Shown: positions 24,305-37,862 of the stretch, one piece after another
Position numbering within the stretch: the stretch's first letter is position 1
How the letters are laid out: every line of letters begins with the position of its first letter
Assembly (NCBI RefSeq): GCF_036321535.1
Contig: NC_087437.1
Location: forward strand, 12,650,001 to 12,714,000
DNA from: Camelus dromedarius
Lineage: Eukaryota
Direction of reading: 5' to 3'
DNA length: 64,000 nt
The notes under the pieces: generated by a model
Database searches by the model: none
What the model saw: the letters and a program-made list of their open reading frames with translations, nothing else
What the model was told of the DNA's origin: nothing
Made by a program: the position numbers and the translations under genes

Positions 24305-25643
24305 CTGACGCGTAATCATAAAGGATGGGGAAGAGGACGATGCATGACAACTCATTAGAAAAGACAATCACTCCTGCCTAAGACATTAAAACTACTATTA
24401 TTTATTCACTAAAGAACAAGCTTCCCTTCCAGGCGATCTAATTCAAGCAAAAACCAAAAAATTCTAAGTCAGAAGACCTGGTTTGTAGTCCCAAATCCAA
24501 CTAACTTCTCGTCTGTAATACAAGGGGGTAGTAACTAAATGACCTACATGGTCCCCTCCAATTCTAGGATCCTACGATGTATTATGGAATCAAGACTTCT
24601 GATGACCTGGTATCAGAATCACAGCAAATCATACAAAAAGGCATTTCTGTTAACAAATATAAAGATATTCTTTACTCTTGCTTTAGCTTACTTCATCTTT
24701 AATGGATATTAATTTTTAACTGTAAAAGTCAGCAGGAAAAAAAGGGTCTCAAATGTTTTAAAATGTAATTCATAATTATATAAGAAAAGTATAAATCAAG
24801 GCAAACTTATATTGCGGTATTAAGGGAAACTAAAATGATAGCACTAAAAAATGCCAGAAATTCTGTTAGGCAACTAATATACCACACTCATTCCTAAGAG
24901 TTTTAATTCTGACTAGGCCATGAAAATAAAACTAGAGCACGTGGGCAATAGATCAACGAAGCAACTAAAAAGCAAGATATATAAGTAATGTCATACGAGT
25001 AATAATAAATAGTAATTTATCATATGCTATGCAAAATCAGATGATCATACTGCTACCATGAATTTAATTCTAAGAATTTAAGTGGATTAACTGCTTAAAA
25101 ACAAATTGGGCAATTTTAGAAAAAGTTTATATTTTATATCTTCCTCTATATTTCTTCTTTTCTCTTTTAAATTGGAGTTCTACCTGGAGAAAACTAAGTT
25201 ATAACAAAAAAATATTAAAATTTCTCTGTTAAAAGCCTAAAGAGACTATCATTCTACTTTTTAAAAATCAAAGTACCTAAAAAATACAATAAAATAAAAG
25301 TACCTATATTCAATCATATATACATTGCTCTTCTCTCTTTGAGGGAAAACATTAAATTGAATCAATAAGCTAATTTGAAGTCAGTCAAGAAATTTTAACT
25401 AATAGTAAGTAGTAGAATTTAATTCATTCTAAATTTCAACTCTATAGCTCTCACTCATCTACACCAGACATAACTTTTCTTTATGACTTCATATAGCTAA
25501 AAGCTTAATCGTAATGCAGCTTACAAAAACATTAACCTTCATAGAGTTAAAAGAAACTCTGGGATAATTAAATTTTAAAAATGTTCATTCTTGTGTCATA
25601 AGCATTACTTTTCCAAATATACTTTAATGGAGACTTAACCTAC

Positions 25644-25727
25644 CTCCAGTTCTTCAACAAAAGCTGCTAAATCTTCTTTCCAAAGATCTGAAGGAGATTT
25701 TCTTTTAAGATCACTGACCTCTCTCCC
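25644..25727 (-). CDS. TOP2B: TOP2B exon 27 (GREVSDLKRKSPSDLWKEDLAAFVEELE)
   Basis: AG/GT flanks, 84 nt. Confidence 0.95.
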
Positions 25728-25877
25728 CTATAATAAAAAAAAGCAGTATGATTTAGACGTTCAATAATTTTTAAACATATACATAAAGGGTAAATCAAAG
25801 TATTTATTTTTGGAAAAGAAAAAGATATGGATAATACTGAAACAGTTTCAAATTATTTAACCCACAAAAGTTCATAC

Positions 25878-26033
25878 TTTTGCATCTCTCTGTTTAATCA
25901 GTTCTTCAACTTTTTCTTTAGTAAGAGACCATAGAGACATATTTAAAATATAATTAAAATCAGGGCCTGAAGGAGTTCCTGAATCAGAGGAACTATCATC
26001 ATGCTGGTTTTGTGTTTCTTCCTCTTCTGCTGC
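25878..26033 (-). CDS. TOP2B: TOP2B exon 26 (AAEEEETQNQHDDSSSDSGTPSGPDFNYILNMSLWSLTKEKVEELIKQRDAK)
   Basis: AG/GT flanks, 156 nt. Confidence 0.96.
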
Positions 26034-26800
26034 CTGTAAAAAATAATAAACTTTATATTAAAGTCCTGTATAATATCAAATCAATGTTGAATTTTATTGA
26101 ATACTGAGTTTCAAATTCCATACATACTACACTCTTAATGCTACATCTTCAGGGTGGTGGACTTATTTTAGATTATCTGTAAGATTACCTATGAGTATAT
26201 ATCTCCTATAAAAAGTTTAAATTTTCTAAACATACACAATAAAGTCATCAAAAGGAATGGTATATTCAGTCCCTATTTATCCAGGAATCTGATGAAAAAT
26301 TAACTGCTTGAGAAGACACTACATCTTAAAATTAATAGAGCAGAACTAATGTTTTATCATTGCATTTTGTCCGATTTTTATATGGTGAGTGAATGAGCAA
26401 TCTGAAACCTAAAATAAATATCACTTATGAAGAACGTTTCATGGTTACAATAAATATGCTAAGGTAGTCACTCACTAAGGATGAATTCTTAATAAAAATT
26501 CTCTCCAGCAAGAATATTCAGGTCAGGACTAAGAAAAAAGTTCACTTAAGAATTTAAGAGCTGGTGAGTTAGAGTAAGAATTGTTAAGAACTATTCTAAA
26601 ATTGTGTTCATAAGATCTTTTTTTCATAGAAACAGTTTCAATAAAAAACTTATGCTAATATTAAATTTTAAAATCCAATGAATTTAATAGAAGTTATTAT
26701 AGGTGACATCACCTTTAAAATTTTTTAAGTAACAACAGCTGTTAAATAAAATTGCATCTCAATTGTTAAAGGCACTCTGATAATTAAAAGTGACTGAGTT

Positions 26801-26901
26801 GGGGGGAGGGTATAGCTCAGTGGTAGAGTGAGTGCTTAGCATGTACAAGGTTCCAGGTTCAATCCCCAGTACCTCCATTAAAAAAAAAAAAATTAAAAAA
26901 T
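26801..26901 (+). mobile_element. Young tRNA-derived SINE (camelid vic-1-like) with A tail and 15-bp TSD
   Basis: A box tagctcagtgg, B box ggttcaatccc, A-rich tail; TSD aaaagtgactgagtt (26786-26800) / aaaaatgactgagtt (26902-26916). Confidence 0.9.
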
Positions 26902-28669
26902 AAAAATGACTGAGTTAACCTGATACTCCATAAAACAAAAAGTTCACTTCTAGTAACCAAAAAAGAAAAAAAAAAAAAACCTTTACAATTTAATTAAAAA
27001 TTTTCAGTAAAATAATGTATATATACAAAGTAAAGTTTAAGTGTACTTTAGAAGGGATAAAAGTAAAAATTGCAAAGCAAGATACTTCATTACATAAACA
27101 AAAGTATAAACTCAATTAAGTAACATTAGCCAAATAAGGACTGCTGGTGTTGAGTTGATAGATTAATAAGGACCTAGATAATTTATGACAAATTAATTCA
27201 CTCTATAGTTTTTGAAATTTCTTCATGAAATAGTGTGTTGCTATGGAAAATTAAGGTTGTTACACCACTATTTAAAATATCATTAGTGTCATAAAATCCT
27301 GTTTAGACCCACACTTCAGAAGTCTGTTTGCTCTAGGTTTTGAAGACAGACCAAGTACTGTTAAGGAGTGCTCTGTGAATATGTGTGTCTATCACTGTCA
27401 ATGTGAAGGTGACTAAGGATGCTTTGAGAAACCAAGGAAAAAAAAATCTTTCAAGTTCCAGTGACAGAATTCTACTGTTTTTAATCTTCTAATTATCTGC
27501 TTTATAACTCTCTCTTCTCCAACACTACATACAACAGGACACTCTTATAAAAGAGCAGTTCCTTTTGTTTCTTGAATCCCCAAAGTGAACACGTGGCCGA
27601 GATGCTAAGAAAATTTTGATGGTAACGATGAAATTATTGAAATCAAGCACTAGCTTTTACCCATGAAGTCTACTTCTACCAGAAGGGCATTCTCAAACCC
27701 TGAACATCTTTATTTTTTAAAACTAAACATTAAATTCATTAGTTAACTAGCTAATTTTTTAAAATACATGATTTAAACCAACAGTGATACAGAAGGGCAA
27801 GTAGTGTATAAACCATAATTTGGGGTTTCAGAGTGTGATAAAACACACTGAAAGGAAAGCAAAGTGCCTGAATCATCTGAATTTTGAACACTCCCCATCT
27901 TGCCTACCCCATTTTCCTCAAAAAACAAATACACCTATTATCTTAATATGTAATTGCTAAATATATCATTTATTCTAATTTTATCCACTCTAACATACGA
28001 CATTCTATTGACTATTTAAAACTGAGAAAAACAATGTAAATGAAAGCAGTATTTCAATGTAGTTTGATGAAAAACATTATGGGTGAGAACTCATAAATGT
28101 ATGGAAGTTTAAAGTTTCAGTTCAAATTTTGTCACCAATCATAACTATTTTTTAAAGATGCTAACATTATCAGTATCGTACATACACATACACACAATAT
28201 GTTAATTAAGTATATGAAAATCATTTCCAATTTCCTTCCTTTTGTACATTTGTGTTCTCAATCACAATGTTGTACTGCCTTTTAAAATTTTTCTTTAAAT
28301 CATACGCAGTAAATAGTAAGAAGCTAATTCTTGAGAGGAACTGCAAAGTTTTAGTACTGCATTCACTGAATATTAGTCCTCTATGATCTAAAATGGGACA
28401 ATTTCACTAATGAAACATCAGACTTTTAATCTGAAGTTCCAGAGTTGAAATCTCCAGCCAAAGATCTAAGCATGGGTCAGAGCACATACTTGGTGCTCAA
28501 TAAATACTGATAAATATTGAACATATTGTGTCTAGTCTCCCCAGCATAAACCAAAACCAGATCAAGTGAATGGTGGCTGGATACCATACTGTGACCACAA
28601 ACTGACCAGGGTGAAATGATTTCTGTGCTACCAGTGTAGTTCCCAGATGGCATAATGCACCTCACAAAA

Positions 28670-28691
28670 CCACCACCACCACCACCACCAC
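28670..28691 (+). repeat. (CCA)n microsatellite
   Basis: Directly visible. Confidence 0.85.
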
Positions 28692-28990
28692 AGCCCTTTA
28701 ACGGCAGGCTCAGAGAAAGGGCTGAGGAGACTGAGCTACCTTCTCAGACCTGGAGGCACTTCTCCAGGCCCTGGTTGAGCCACACTAGCAAAGTGCTTTG
28801 CGGTGGGAATGCACTGAAAATTCCTGTCCTGTATCTGTTTTGTGGGTAAACAGAAGACTTCAGTCTCCAAACAGATCACTCAGCACCGTTAGCAGTACTA
28901 AATTTAAAATTCAGGGGTTGGATTTGTTTTGTTTGCTTTGGAAGTTGCTTTTAAAAGCTTCTCTGAATGTCTTGTTCTGCAAATGATTAC

Positions 28991-29082
28991 CTTTTCTTGT
29001 GCTTCTTTCCAGGCTTTCACTGGGTCAGATTCATAACCTCTCTGGACTAACATTTGAATCAAATCTTTCTTTGACCTATTCT
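28991..29082 (-). CDS. TOP2B: TOP2B exon 25 (ENRSKKDLIQMLVQRGYESDPVKAWKEAQEK)
   Basis: AG/GT flanks, 92 nt. Confidence 0.96.
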
Positions 29083-29227
29083 CTATGTGAGGGAAAAATA
29101 AAGTTAGGATCAAGAAAAGAGATTCAATTTGTATTTGTTTATATTCTACTGATAAAAATGTCTTCTATTAACAAAGTTTTTTTATCCATTTTAAATAATG
29201 TTCAAATTTTTAAAAGTTGCCTCTTAC

Positions 29228-29423
29228 CTATAGTAATTTTCCCTTGTATCTTCTCTAAAATGAAACGGGCTTGATTGTTAAGCTTTGTAGATTCTGCTCC
29301 CAACATTCCTACAAGCCATTCTTTACGTAAACCGTAATAGCTTAACCGTAAATCAAAGAATTCTTTTAAAATGTCTTGCACAGTTTCATACTTCTTCAGA
29401 CATCCCATATGATCAAAGAGTAC
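29228..29423 (-). CDS. TOP2B: TOP2B exon 24 (VLFDHMGCLKKYETVQDILKEFFDLRL...QGKITI)
   Basis: AG/GT flanks, 196 nt. Confidence 0.96.
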
Positions 29424-30461
29424 CTAAGCAAAACAAAAAGTTTTTGAAGATTATGTAAAAGTTTTAAAGATTACATAAATTCTATTGGTATTAACTTGTA
29501 CGACATCTACAGTATTTAAAATAACCATAATACACTTATGTGAACACATACCAGCCCTAAAAGCCATTAAACACAACCAAAATTAAGCACATTTCTGTAA
29601 ATATTCCTTTGGTGATGCCAAGAAACTGGTAATTCAATTCTCAAAACTATGAAAATATTTAAAATAGGAGTAATTTTGAAAGATAAAATAGGTCCTTTAG
29701 AAAAGTTCTTATTTATAAGTATACAAACTATGGCTATAAAACCACCTAATAAAATTTTTCAAACTAAAAATACATTCTATCAATAAGTTCAAAATATTAA
29801 ATTTAAGGTTCTTTTTCCTCCCATATACTAAATGGATATGCATCTGCCTCTCTTTTTTGTTTTTTATAAATGTGCTATAATTCACTCAAACTTCAATTTG
29901 GGGGGAAATTTTACTTCTTCTCTGTCCTTTTTCAATCTTCCTTGCTTGGCAGATTATGGCACTTTCTCAATCACTGTGCTATTGTTGGATTTTTTTTCTT
30001 TTATTCTCTCGTACGTCCAAAAGCTAATTTGGAATGGAACAAGGGTAATAATACATTTTCATTTTTTACCTCCCTTCCCAATTATATACAAACACTAATA
30101 TATAAGTTTAATAAAGCAGATTAGAATTAGGAGATGAGTACTCCCCAACTAAAATGCTAATAGAAACAGGCATAAGGCACATGGAAATCTTGCAACAATC
30201 ATTCTCATAACTTTCAGTCAGTATATGTGAGGGTGTGTGTATCCTGTGTGTTCTGAGCCCAGATCCACAAATATAGAGCTGGAGTTAAGAGTAGAGGATA
30301 AGATTAGAGGGAAAGAAATGTGTTTCTAGATTCGTCAGCACATATACAAGTGGGAAAACGCACTCAAATGTCCTATAGCCACTCCCGTCTGAAGCCAATT
30401 ACAACACTCCAACTTACAGCATGCAAGAAAGGTTAAATTCACAGTAAATCTAGTCAATTAC

Positions 30462-30662
30462 CATGGAATTACAAGTAAGAGTAGTCTGAAGTTTAAAAAC
30501 TTTGTGCAATCCAGCAGCTTCTGCTTGAGCTAGTTTCTCTTCAGTCATTTTCACCACAAATTTCACAGTTGTATCAGTATGATATTCTTTATAATCAGAA
30601 ATTAATGCTGGTGTTTTATCTGTTCCATTTAGCATAGGTTCTAAAACCTGTTCTTTGTATAC
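30462..30662 (-). CDS. TOP2B: TOP2B exon 23 (VYKEQVLEPMLNGTDKTPALISDYKEYHTD...TCNSM)
   Basis: AG/GT flanks, 201 nt. Confidence 0.96.
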
Positions 30663-31284
30663 CTATAAAAGATTTAAAAATAAGTAATTCTTTCATGACA
30701 TACATTCATGTTCTCTTACCACAAGTCATGCAATTTTTAAAAAATTCTCAACAGCAGTGGAGAAAAAAGGGGAAACCTCCATCTCTATCATCTCCTGCCC
30801 CGTCACTATGGAAGACAATATATGAGGATCTCAATGGAGAGAGAAGATAAACAAGGTAATGGTTCCGATCTACTCACACTCAAAGGGCAAGGAAAAGGCT
30901 AAGAGTATAACGAGATGGCATCAACTAGAACTGACAAGAGGTGACACAAATACTTTTGATACTGATCGACATGAATTTATTGACCATATTTATAAGGGTT
31001 CAAAACACTATTTTTTACATATTATTCTATTCATTTCAACATAAACAAAGATAATAGTCTTAAAGCTAGCTTAAGTCATTCTACATTTAGATAAGTTAAA
31101 AAGCTTTTAAATTACCATTTGAAGAATCAAAGCACAAACTCAAATGAATGAGTCAAAAATGTATACAGGAATGTTTAAACACTATACAGAAACAGTGCGA
31201 ATGTTGACAGAATCATATTCTTACCAGAAAGCATTGCTTAACTTAACTGCCCTCCTCACAGGCTGCACACATACTTATACCAAC

Positions 31285-31419
31285 CTGTGTCCAAGTTCTA
31301 ACTGGAAGCTCTGTAATCTCTACTGTGTTTCTATCCACCACAAATATTTCACCACTGACTGCATATTGGTTTTGACCAAGTTCTTGGATAGTTCCTTTAA
31401 AGTTTTTGTAGTTTGGCAG
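31285..31419 (-). CDS. TOP2B: TOP2B exon 22 (LPNYKNFKGTIQELGQNQY...TELPVRTWTQ)
   Basis: AG/GT flanks, 135 nt. Confidence 0.96.
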
Positions 31420-33043
31420 CTGCAGAGAAAAATAAAATACCTTGAGGTCCTGCCTTCTCATTTGAGTGCCAGTGCCACATGTGAATGCCCCTTAGTCGAC
31501 AGTCTATTGCTACTGCCAAGTTAACATGACCAGAACTAAATTCCTCTCATTCGCAAGTCCTTCTCAAAATAATCACTCAATCATGAATTCACAGCTTCTG
31601 TTAATACAATCTCAACATTCCCCCAATCTCAAAACCTTAGTATCATCTTTCCTAGTCTTCCAAGAATATTCCTTTTTTCCAGCCTATACACTCCATACTT
31701 CCTTCTCCCCTAGATTAATAATCCTTTAAATTCAAACTCCTCAGATAGTACATTAAAAGCCTTCCACAATCTGGACCCCATCTAACTTTCTAACTTTTCT
31801 CCAATGACCTGCCTTCCAGATCCGTCCTCTTCTCCCACATTTTAATTTCTGAATAGTCTCACTTTCACTCACTCCCTCTACCAGCCCTGACAATTATTCA
31901 GCTCCGCACACCCCATCCATCTAAATCTTACTCAGCCTAATTATAAGTGATCTCTTCCTCTTCTAAAATTCGTATCTGTTATTATCATTAAGGAATTAGG
32001 CATATAGTACAGGACATTTCTTCTGGCGCACTGAGCAACTACTGGTATCTTTTGTCACTGTAAACTTCATGCCCAGATGTCTTGCCTTGACAACACATTA
32101 ACTTTCTGAAGACAGGAACTGGTACTTCATCTCACCACTTAGCCACAGTATCATATATATGACACACATGTACTGATCAAATATACTGACTTAATAAACA
32201 CTCTAAAATGCATCTGAAATAATTAAAATAAAATGCTATACGCATAAAAATTTGATACCTGTTAGAAATACTTTAAAGTACTACAAAGTATTTAGAGGAA
32301 AAACATTTTAAATCACCCTCATAATCTAATATTTTGTTTTCTTTTAAAATACAAAAATGAAATAAAACTTGGAGAGAGATACATAAAAATATTAAGTTTT
32401 TTTCTACATACCAGAAGTATTTTTTCTCTGCTTATTTGTATCTTCTACAATAAGCACGATCATTTTTATAATAAAAATATATTTAAGTGTATCATGATAA
32501 AAGGAAATTTCTAGGTGATTTTAAATCATGTAAAAGAGGGTAAGACACTTTTTTTGAGAAGTTTTTCTTGGAGGAAGTTTGGGGGAAGAAGCAAACACAG
32601 TAAATGATGTAAGAAAGGGGCAAAAATTTTAAAGTATGGGATATATTAAAATATACACAATGTGTTTCTAAGCATCCTTACAACTCTAATATGACTCAGT
32701 AATTTAAAGGCAAAAACATAAAGCTGCGTATAATTTTGTCATGAAAACATTTTATAATTTAGATATCTGAAAGCCTGAAATACAGACTACTTTAAAATTT
32801 TAGTAAACAGTTTCTCCCTATATATCTTATCCCCAGGCTTTTTCCAAACTTTGTATCTTTTAGACTGTAAGCACATATCAAGCTACACATTAATAAGGTC
32901 TTTATTGTCTACAATATGTTCTAAAATGAAAATGGTTCCATTACTTTTCTAAAATGATTGGCCTTTGTAGTTTTCACATTATCATTTGTTAAAAAAAAAC
33001 CCAAAACGAAAAACAATATAAGCAGTAAGTTCTACATAATTAC

Positions 33044-33275
33044 CATGGGATGAGGATCCAAGCCATCCAGCATTCGTCTGACATTGTTCACAATTTCCCT
33101 AGCATCATAGTTGGGTAGTTTACAAGCCCATCCTGTACCAATGCCCTCAGCACCATTTATTAAAACCATGGGAATTATGGGAATATACCACTCAGGCTCT
33201 ACACGTTGATTATCATCATAAAGGAATTTAAGCAAGTTGTCATCCACAGCAGGAAAAAGCAGTCTTGCTAGAGAG
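33044..33275 (-). CDS. TOP2B: TOP2B exon 21 (SLARLLFPAVDDNLL...NGAEGIGTGW...DPHPM)
   Basis: AG/GT flanks, 232 nt. Confidence 0.96.
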
Positions 33276-33849
33276 CTAATAAAAAGAAAAACAAAAACAT
33301 GGAACAACTGCACAGTTTTAAAAAATAAAACTTAATACATAATTAAAGACTTTATATTTCAAAAAATCTTTTAAAAAGAATGCACTTCTTTTAAGAATTT
33401 TGGTTACATCTGTTTAACTTAAACTTTTTAACAATAAAATTTACCTAACTTTATTACCGAATATATTTCTCTTAGGCACAAAGCCAGAATAAAAATAGCC
33501 CTGTTTCACTTATGTTACTTACTGACTCAAATGCCTAAATTCTTAGTACTGATAAATAACTTTTTAAGGATTTCCTCTTATTCTGACTAAACCACAAAAC
33601 CCATCTTCAGCTTAAAAAATAAACTGGGATCAGAAAAAATCCTTACTTTCATTAGGACTGGTTTCACCAATAATTCATAAAAATTGAGATCAACAAATTT
33701 CATTCTACATGTGATGAATAATTTGAAACATTCACCCTCAACATAATAACCCAATCATCTCTCTCCATAGTAACAACTCTATTACACATTTGGTTAGTTC
33801 CAATAAACTTCAAATAAAACTTTATACCATTACATCAACAAATTATTAC

Positions 33850-33998
33850 CTTAACATTGTGAAAATATAACGAGGACTTGCAGCATCTTTGCCCCCGTGA
33901 AGCCGAGTTCCAAACTGACCAATAGGCTGAAGCAAGTTAATGTTGTTACTTCCTACAAAGTTTTGAGCCAAATTCACAATAGTCATCATCAATGCTTG
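33850..33998 (-). CDS. TOP2B: TOP2B exon 20 ([49 protein letters not shown]), catalytic Tyr codon at 33867-33869
   Basis: AG/GT flanks, 149 nt; type IIA topoisomerase active-site motif ASPRYI. Confidence 0.97.
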
Positions 33999-34200
33999 CT
34001 ACAGGGCGGAAACAAACAGAACACAACATTAATATTCTAAATTTTCTGTATGTACATTTCCTAATTTTATTAAAACCCAAACTCTCAATCCTCATACATT
34101 TCCAAAGGCCTAATAAAAGGAAAAATACTGTATTATGCTTAATTATCATTCTTCATGCCAATAAGTATAGCTCTCAATTGATTCCAATCTCAATGCTTAC

Positions 34201-34322
34201 TTCTCCATGATGGTAAGCGGACATCTCGGCCACAGATCCAGCCAACTGGGCAACTTTCACTTCGCGTTTATCATTCCTCTTAAAACAGGTAAATAAAACT
34301 TTTCGTTGGCCTGGTTTAAAGC
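34201..34322 (-). CDS. TOP2B: TOP2B exon 19 (GFKPGQRKVLFTCFKRNDKREVKVAQLAGSVAEMSAYHHGE)
   Basis: AG/GT flanks, 122 nt. Confidence 0.96.
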
Positions 34323-34744
34323 CTATTTTTAAAAAGAACAACCCTCTTTTTAAAATATTACTCGAGTTATAGTTATAATGTTTCTTTTAGTGACAACAGT
34401 GTTCTATATATTCAAAAGAAAAAAAGCAAAGATATAGTTTGCTTCTGAAAAAATAACTAAAATTGTTTACCTGAGCTTCTGTAACAAATAAGTACATATT
34501 AACGCCTTTTATACTGTCTCAGTCTATTCCAAAAGTGAAGTACCAATTGAAAGACCCCCTTTGGGTCTTAAAGAACTACTCAGTGGCACCAAACTCCTTT
34601 CAAGGAGTTTCCAAACACTCATATGCCCAAAATGTCAGTTGTAATTAAAGTACCAGCAAGCCATCAATCAGCCTGAAAACTATTATTAGAATGTCCTAAA
34701 TCAGGCAAACTCTTACAAAGAAGAGATGTGTTCTAATATTTAAG

Positions 34745-34920
34745 AATGCAGGCTTTAGAATCTCCCTAATCTGGATACTCTTCTCAACCTGGCTATGTGA
34801 TTTTTTGTAAATTATTAAACCAGTAAGACTCAGTCTCCTCATCAGTGTAACTGAAATAATTACCTCCCTAATAGGGCGATCATAAGGGTAATATGAGACA
34901 ACGCAAGCAAAGCACTCTGC
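34745..34920 (+). mobile_element. MIR SINE
   Basis: ggctatgtga...ctcagtctcctcatc...aataattacctccctaataggg...aaagcact. Confidence 0.6.
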
Positions 34921-35697
34921 TTCCTTATCCTTCTTGCTCCAGTCCAGTGAGCTTAGTAGTAAACTTTTCAGTAAATGCTAGCTATCATCATCATCATCAT
35001 GGGCCAGAGCATGGCAGAAACAAAAGGATGATAAAATAAGGCCACTTTCCTTGAGAATTTTATAATCTAATTGAGGAGGCAAAATTAACACAAGTAAAAT
35101 AAGACGCACACAATTGTTGGCATAGAAGTTCATAGGCATCTGAGACCACTTTAGACTGCAATTATTGGGCAACGTGTTAGAAAAGGGATGTAACTTAAAG
35201 CTAGCACTAGATGAACTGGCAGAATATCAGCTGAAAAAACAAGAAACATAAAGATTACTAATTTGCTAAAAGTTACAAAATCAAAATCAAAAAGCTCTAG
35301 AAAGAAGACTAAACTCTGCTCTAATGTCAAGTTAAATAAGTTAAAAGCATGAGGTTTTGGGGTAATGAGGAATAAAGGTGGTTTTAAAATTCATTCTCTG
35401 ATAAACACTTTAGAACTTATCATAATCTCATTTTACTTCTTATTTTAGAAAGTCTCCAACAACTTGGGGGCAAAATCTTTAAAAATTTGCCTTAAAGTTA
35501 ATTTTCTTTAAAAATTCAACATGGTTTAAAAGATTCAAATTAAAGAATACAAAACATTTCAGAACTACTAAAACATCTCAAGAGCAACTTCAGAATTTTA
35601 AATTTACTATTATGAGGATGGCTTAAAGTTTATGAAATTAAAATATGCTTGATAAAAAAACAAAAATGAGAAAGATTCTTAAACAAAAGCTACTTAC

Positions 35698-35812
35698 CAT
35701 CAACAAGAGATGGTATAGACCTTTCATTGTCGGAGTTTGAGAAGAGAATCAATTCTTTGTTGATGAAATCATTGTAAGTCAAATGTTTTGTTGCTGTACC
35801 ATATAAAAATTG
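35698..35812 (-). CDS. TOP2B: TOP2B exon 18 (QFLYGTATKHLTYNDFINKELILFSNSDNERSIPSLVD)
   Basis: AG/GT flanks, 115 nt. Confidence 0.96.
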
Positions 35813-35909
35813 CTAAGAGAAAAGTTATGCAGCAATTATGTCACTATTATTGCATGAATTTTAGTCTCTTTCTCTTTCTTCCCCCAGATCACCACTCTTT
35901 CTGACTAAC

Positions 35910-36002
35910 CTCTGGTAAGCCATGTAACCTACGCTGTCTCCGATCTTCCATGAAATTTGTTAACCATTCTTTTCTGTCATCGATCTTCTTCTTACTGAAT
36001 GC
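35910..36002 (-). CDS. TOP2B: TOP2B exon 17 (AFSKKKIDDRKEWLTNFMEDRRQRRLHGLPE)
   Basis: AG/GT flanks, 93 nt. Confidence 0.96.
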
Positions 36003-36342
36003 CTGAAAGATTCCAGGTAGCAATTTCACACATTGAAAAATAAAATGAATTTCATAATAAAATTAAAATGCATAAAAGCAAATAACTAATTATTAATTTC
36101 TGGGAAATTAAGGTTTTTTCCAATATGCTTTTATCAGAAATACACTTGAATAGAGGTCTTTGAATCAAAGACTTATCAAGGTAGGGCACAATCTGGGGTG
36201 GTGGGGCATGACACTAAGATTAACCAGGCTGGCCTTTAGAATTCAGAAGAAACTTATTACAGAAAACCAAGACTGGGAAGAAAAGTATAGCAGATACAGG
36301 GAATGGATATTAGGAGAGACTTTTTAAAATTAACTTGATTAC

Positions 36343-36452
36343 CAAGGTAATGGCAGCGTCATCTTCAGGACCAGCATATCTAAATAAGATGCGGTGCCTT
36401 TCCATATCAGCAAAATACTCCTTTGCTTCTTTAGCTGTACTGGTACCCAGCC
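36343..36452 (-). CDS. TOP2B: TOP2B exon 16 (GLGTSTAKEAKEYFADMERHRILFRYAGPEDDAAITL)
   Basis: AG/GT flanks, 110 nt. Confidence 0.96.
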
Positions 36453-36471
36453 CTGCACAATTTTAAAAATA

Positions 36472-36895
36472 AAAGTGAAAATAAGCCAAACAGAGAAAGA
36501 CTACTGTATGATCTCACTTATATATGGAATCTTGAAAAAAAAAAAGTCAAGCTTATGGTAACAAGAGTATAGAATGGTGGCTGCCAGGGATCGGGAGGGA
36601 GAGGGAAACGGGGAGATGTCTGTCAAAGGGTACAAACTTTCAGTTATAAGATAAAAAAGCTATGGGGAATCCAATGTATAGCATAATGTTTATAGTTAAG
36701 AATGCTATATTGTATACTTGAAAATTGCTAAGACAGTGGATCTTAAATGTTCTCACCATAAAAAAAAGGTAACTGAGATAATGGATGTTAACTTGACTGT
36801 GGTAATCATTTCACAATATATACATATACCATCATGTTTACACCTTAAATACATACAATTTTGTTGACTATACCTCAATAAAGCTGAAAAATTTT
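36472..36895 (+). mobile_element. L1 3' end (L1MA/L1MB-like)
   Basis: aagtgaaaataagcca...tgatctcacttatatatggaatct...caaagggtacaaactttcagttataag...tacctcaataaagctg. Confidence 0.85.
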
Positions 36896-37675
36896 TTAAG
36901 TAAATCATAAACATCAAAGGCTGTTTAAAATCACTAGCTGAAGAGCTGATGGATCAAGCTGGCAACACCTACACCAAGTGATCAATTTTAATAGACAAAA
37001 AAGACAAACAAAGCCGCCTATTAAATGCTTTTGTCATATATACCTAATCCAGATCTGATCAAGCCTCTGATTTAACTACCAGTTAACAAAAAGCAAGGGG
37101 CAGAGGAACATGCTTCATATTTAATGAAACTGTAGGGATAATTAGCAAAACCCAGGATGTGGGAAATTATACAAAAAATCCAACTTTTTGAATAAATAAA
37201 TTCTAAGGGAAAAATATGAAAAGAGAAACAGTATGTTAATATTTAAGAGACTTATCAACCAGAAATAAACATTTTTAATACAATCAGGAGAATTTTAACA
37301 TGGATTGAATATTTAAGGTTATTAAAGAAGGTATGATAATGGTATTACGGGCAAAAAAATTCTTTTAGTGATATGTACTAGAGTATTATTGAAATAATTA
37401 ATGCCTGGAAGTTATTTCAAACTAATGGGATGGCGAAGAGAAGAGTTTAGATGAAACAAGACTGGCCATGAAATGGTGATTGTTTAAGTACATGGGAAGC
37501 CCCTTCTACAACTCTCTCTACTTACATCAAATTTTCCATAACAGTTCTTTAAAAACCAGTAATGGCTATTTCTGAAGGCTAAAAGAGACAAACTTGGAAA
37601 ATATTTATAATGTGCTCATAAAAATAAATTTGTCAGTAGTAACTTCACAAAATTTAAGTGTTTTAGAATACAAAC

Positions 37676-37781
37676 CTTTGTAGTATTTTATTTTCCAGGC
37701 TTTCTGGTTTTCTATATGTTTTTTCCACTCATCAAATTCAGGAATACTGTAGAAGGAAAGTTCCTGCTTATTTTTGCTAGC
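37676..37781 (-). CDS. TOP2B: TOP2B exon 15 (ASKNKQELSFYSIPEFDEWKKHIENQKAWKIKYYK)
   Basis: AG/GT flanks, 106 nt; separated from exon 14 by an 81-nt intron. Confidence 0.95.
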
Positions 37782-37862
37782 CTTAAATGAAGAATAAAAA
37801 AAATTAGTTTTTCTGTTACTTTTTAAGACAACAATATAAAAATGTATTGATGTAAATAGTAC

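Noticed and set aside
26801..26880. Possible tRNA-Ala gene
   Set aside because: A-rich tail and TSD with no T-run terminator indicate a SINE
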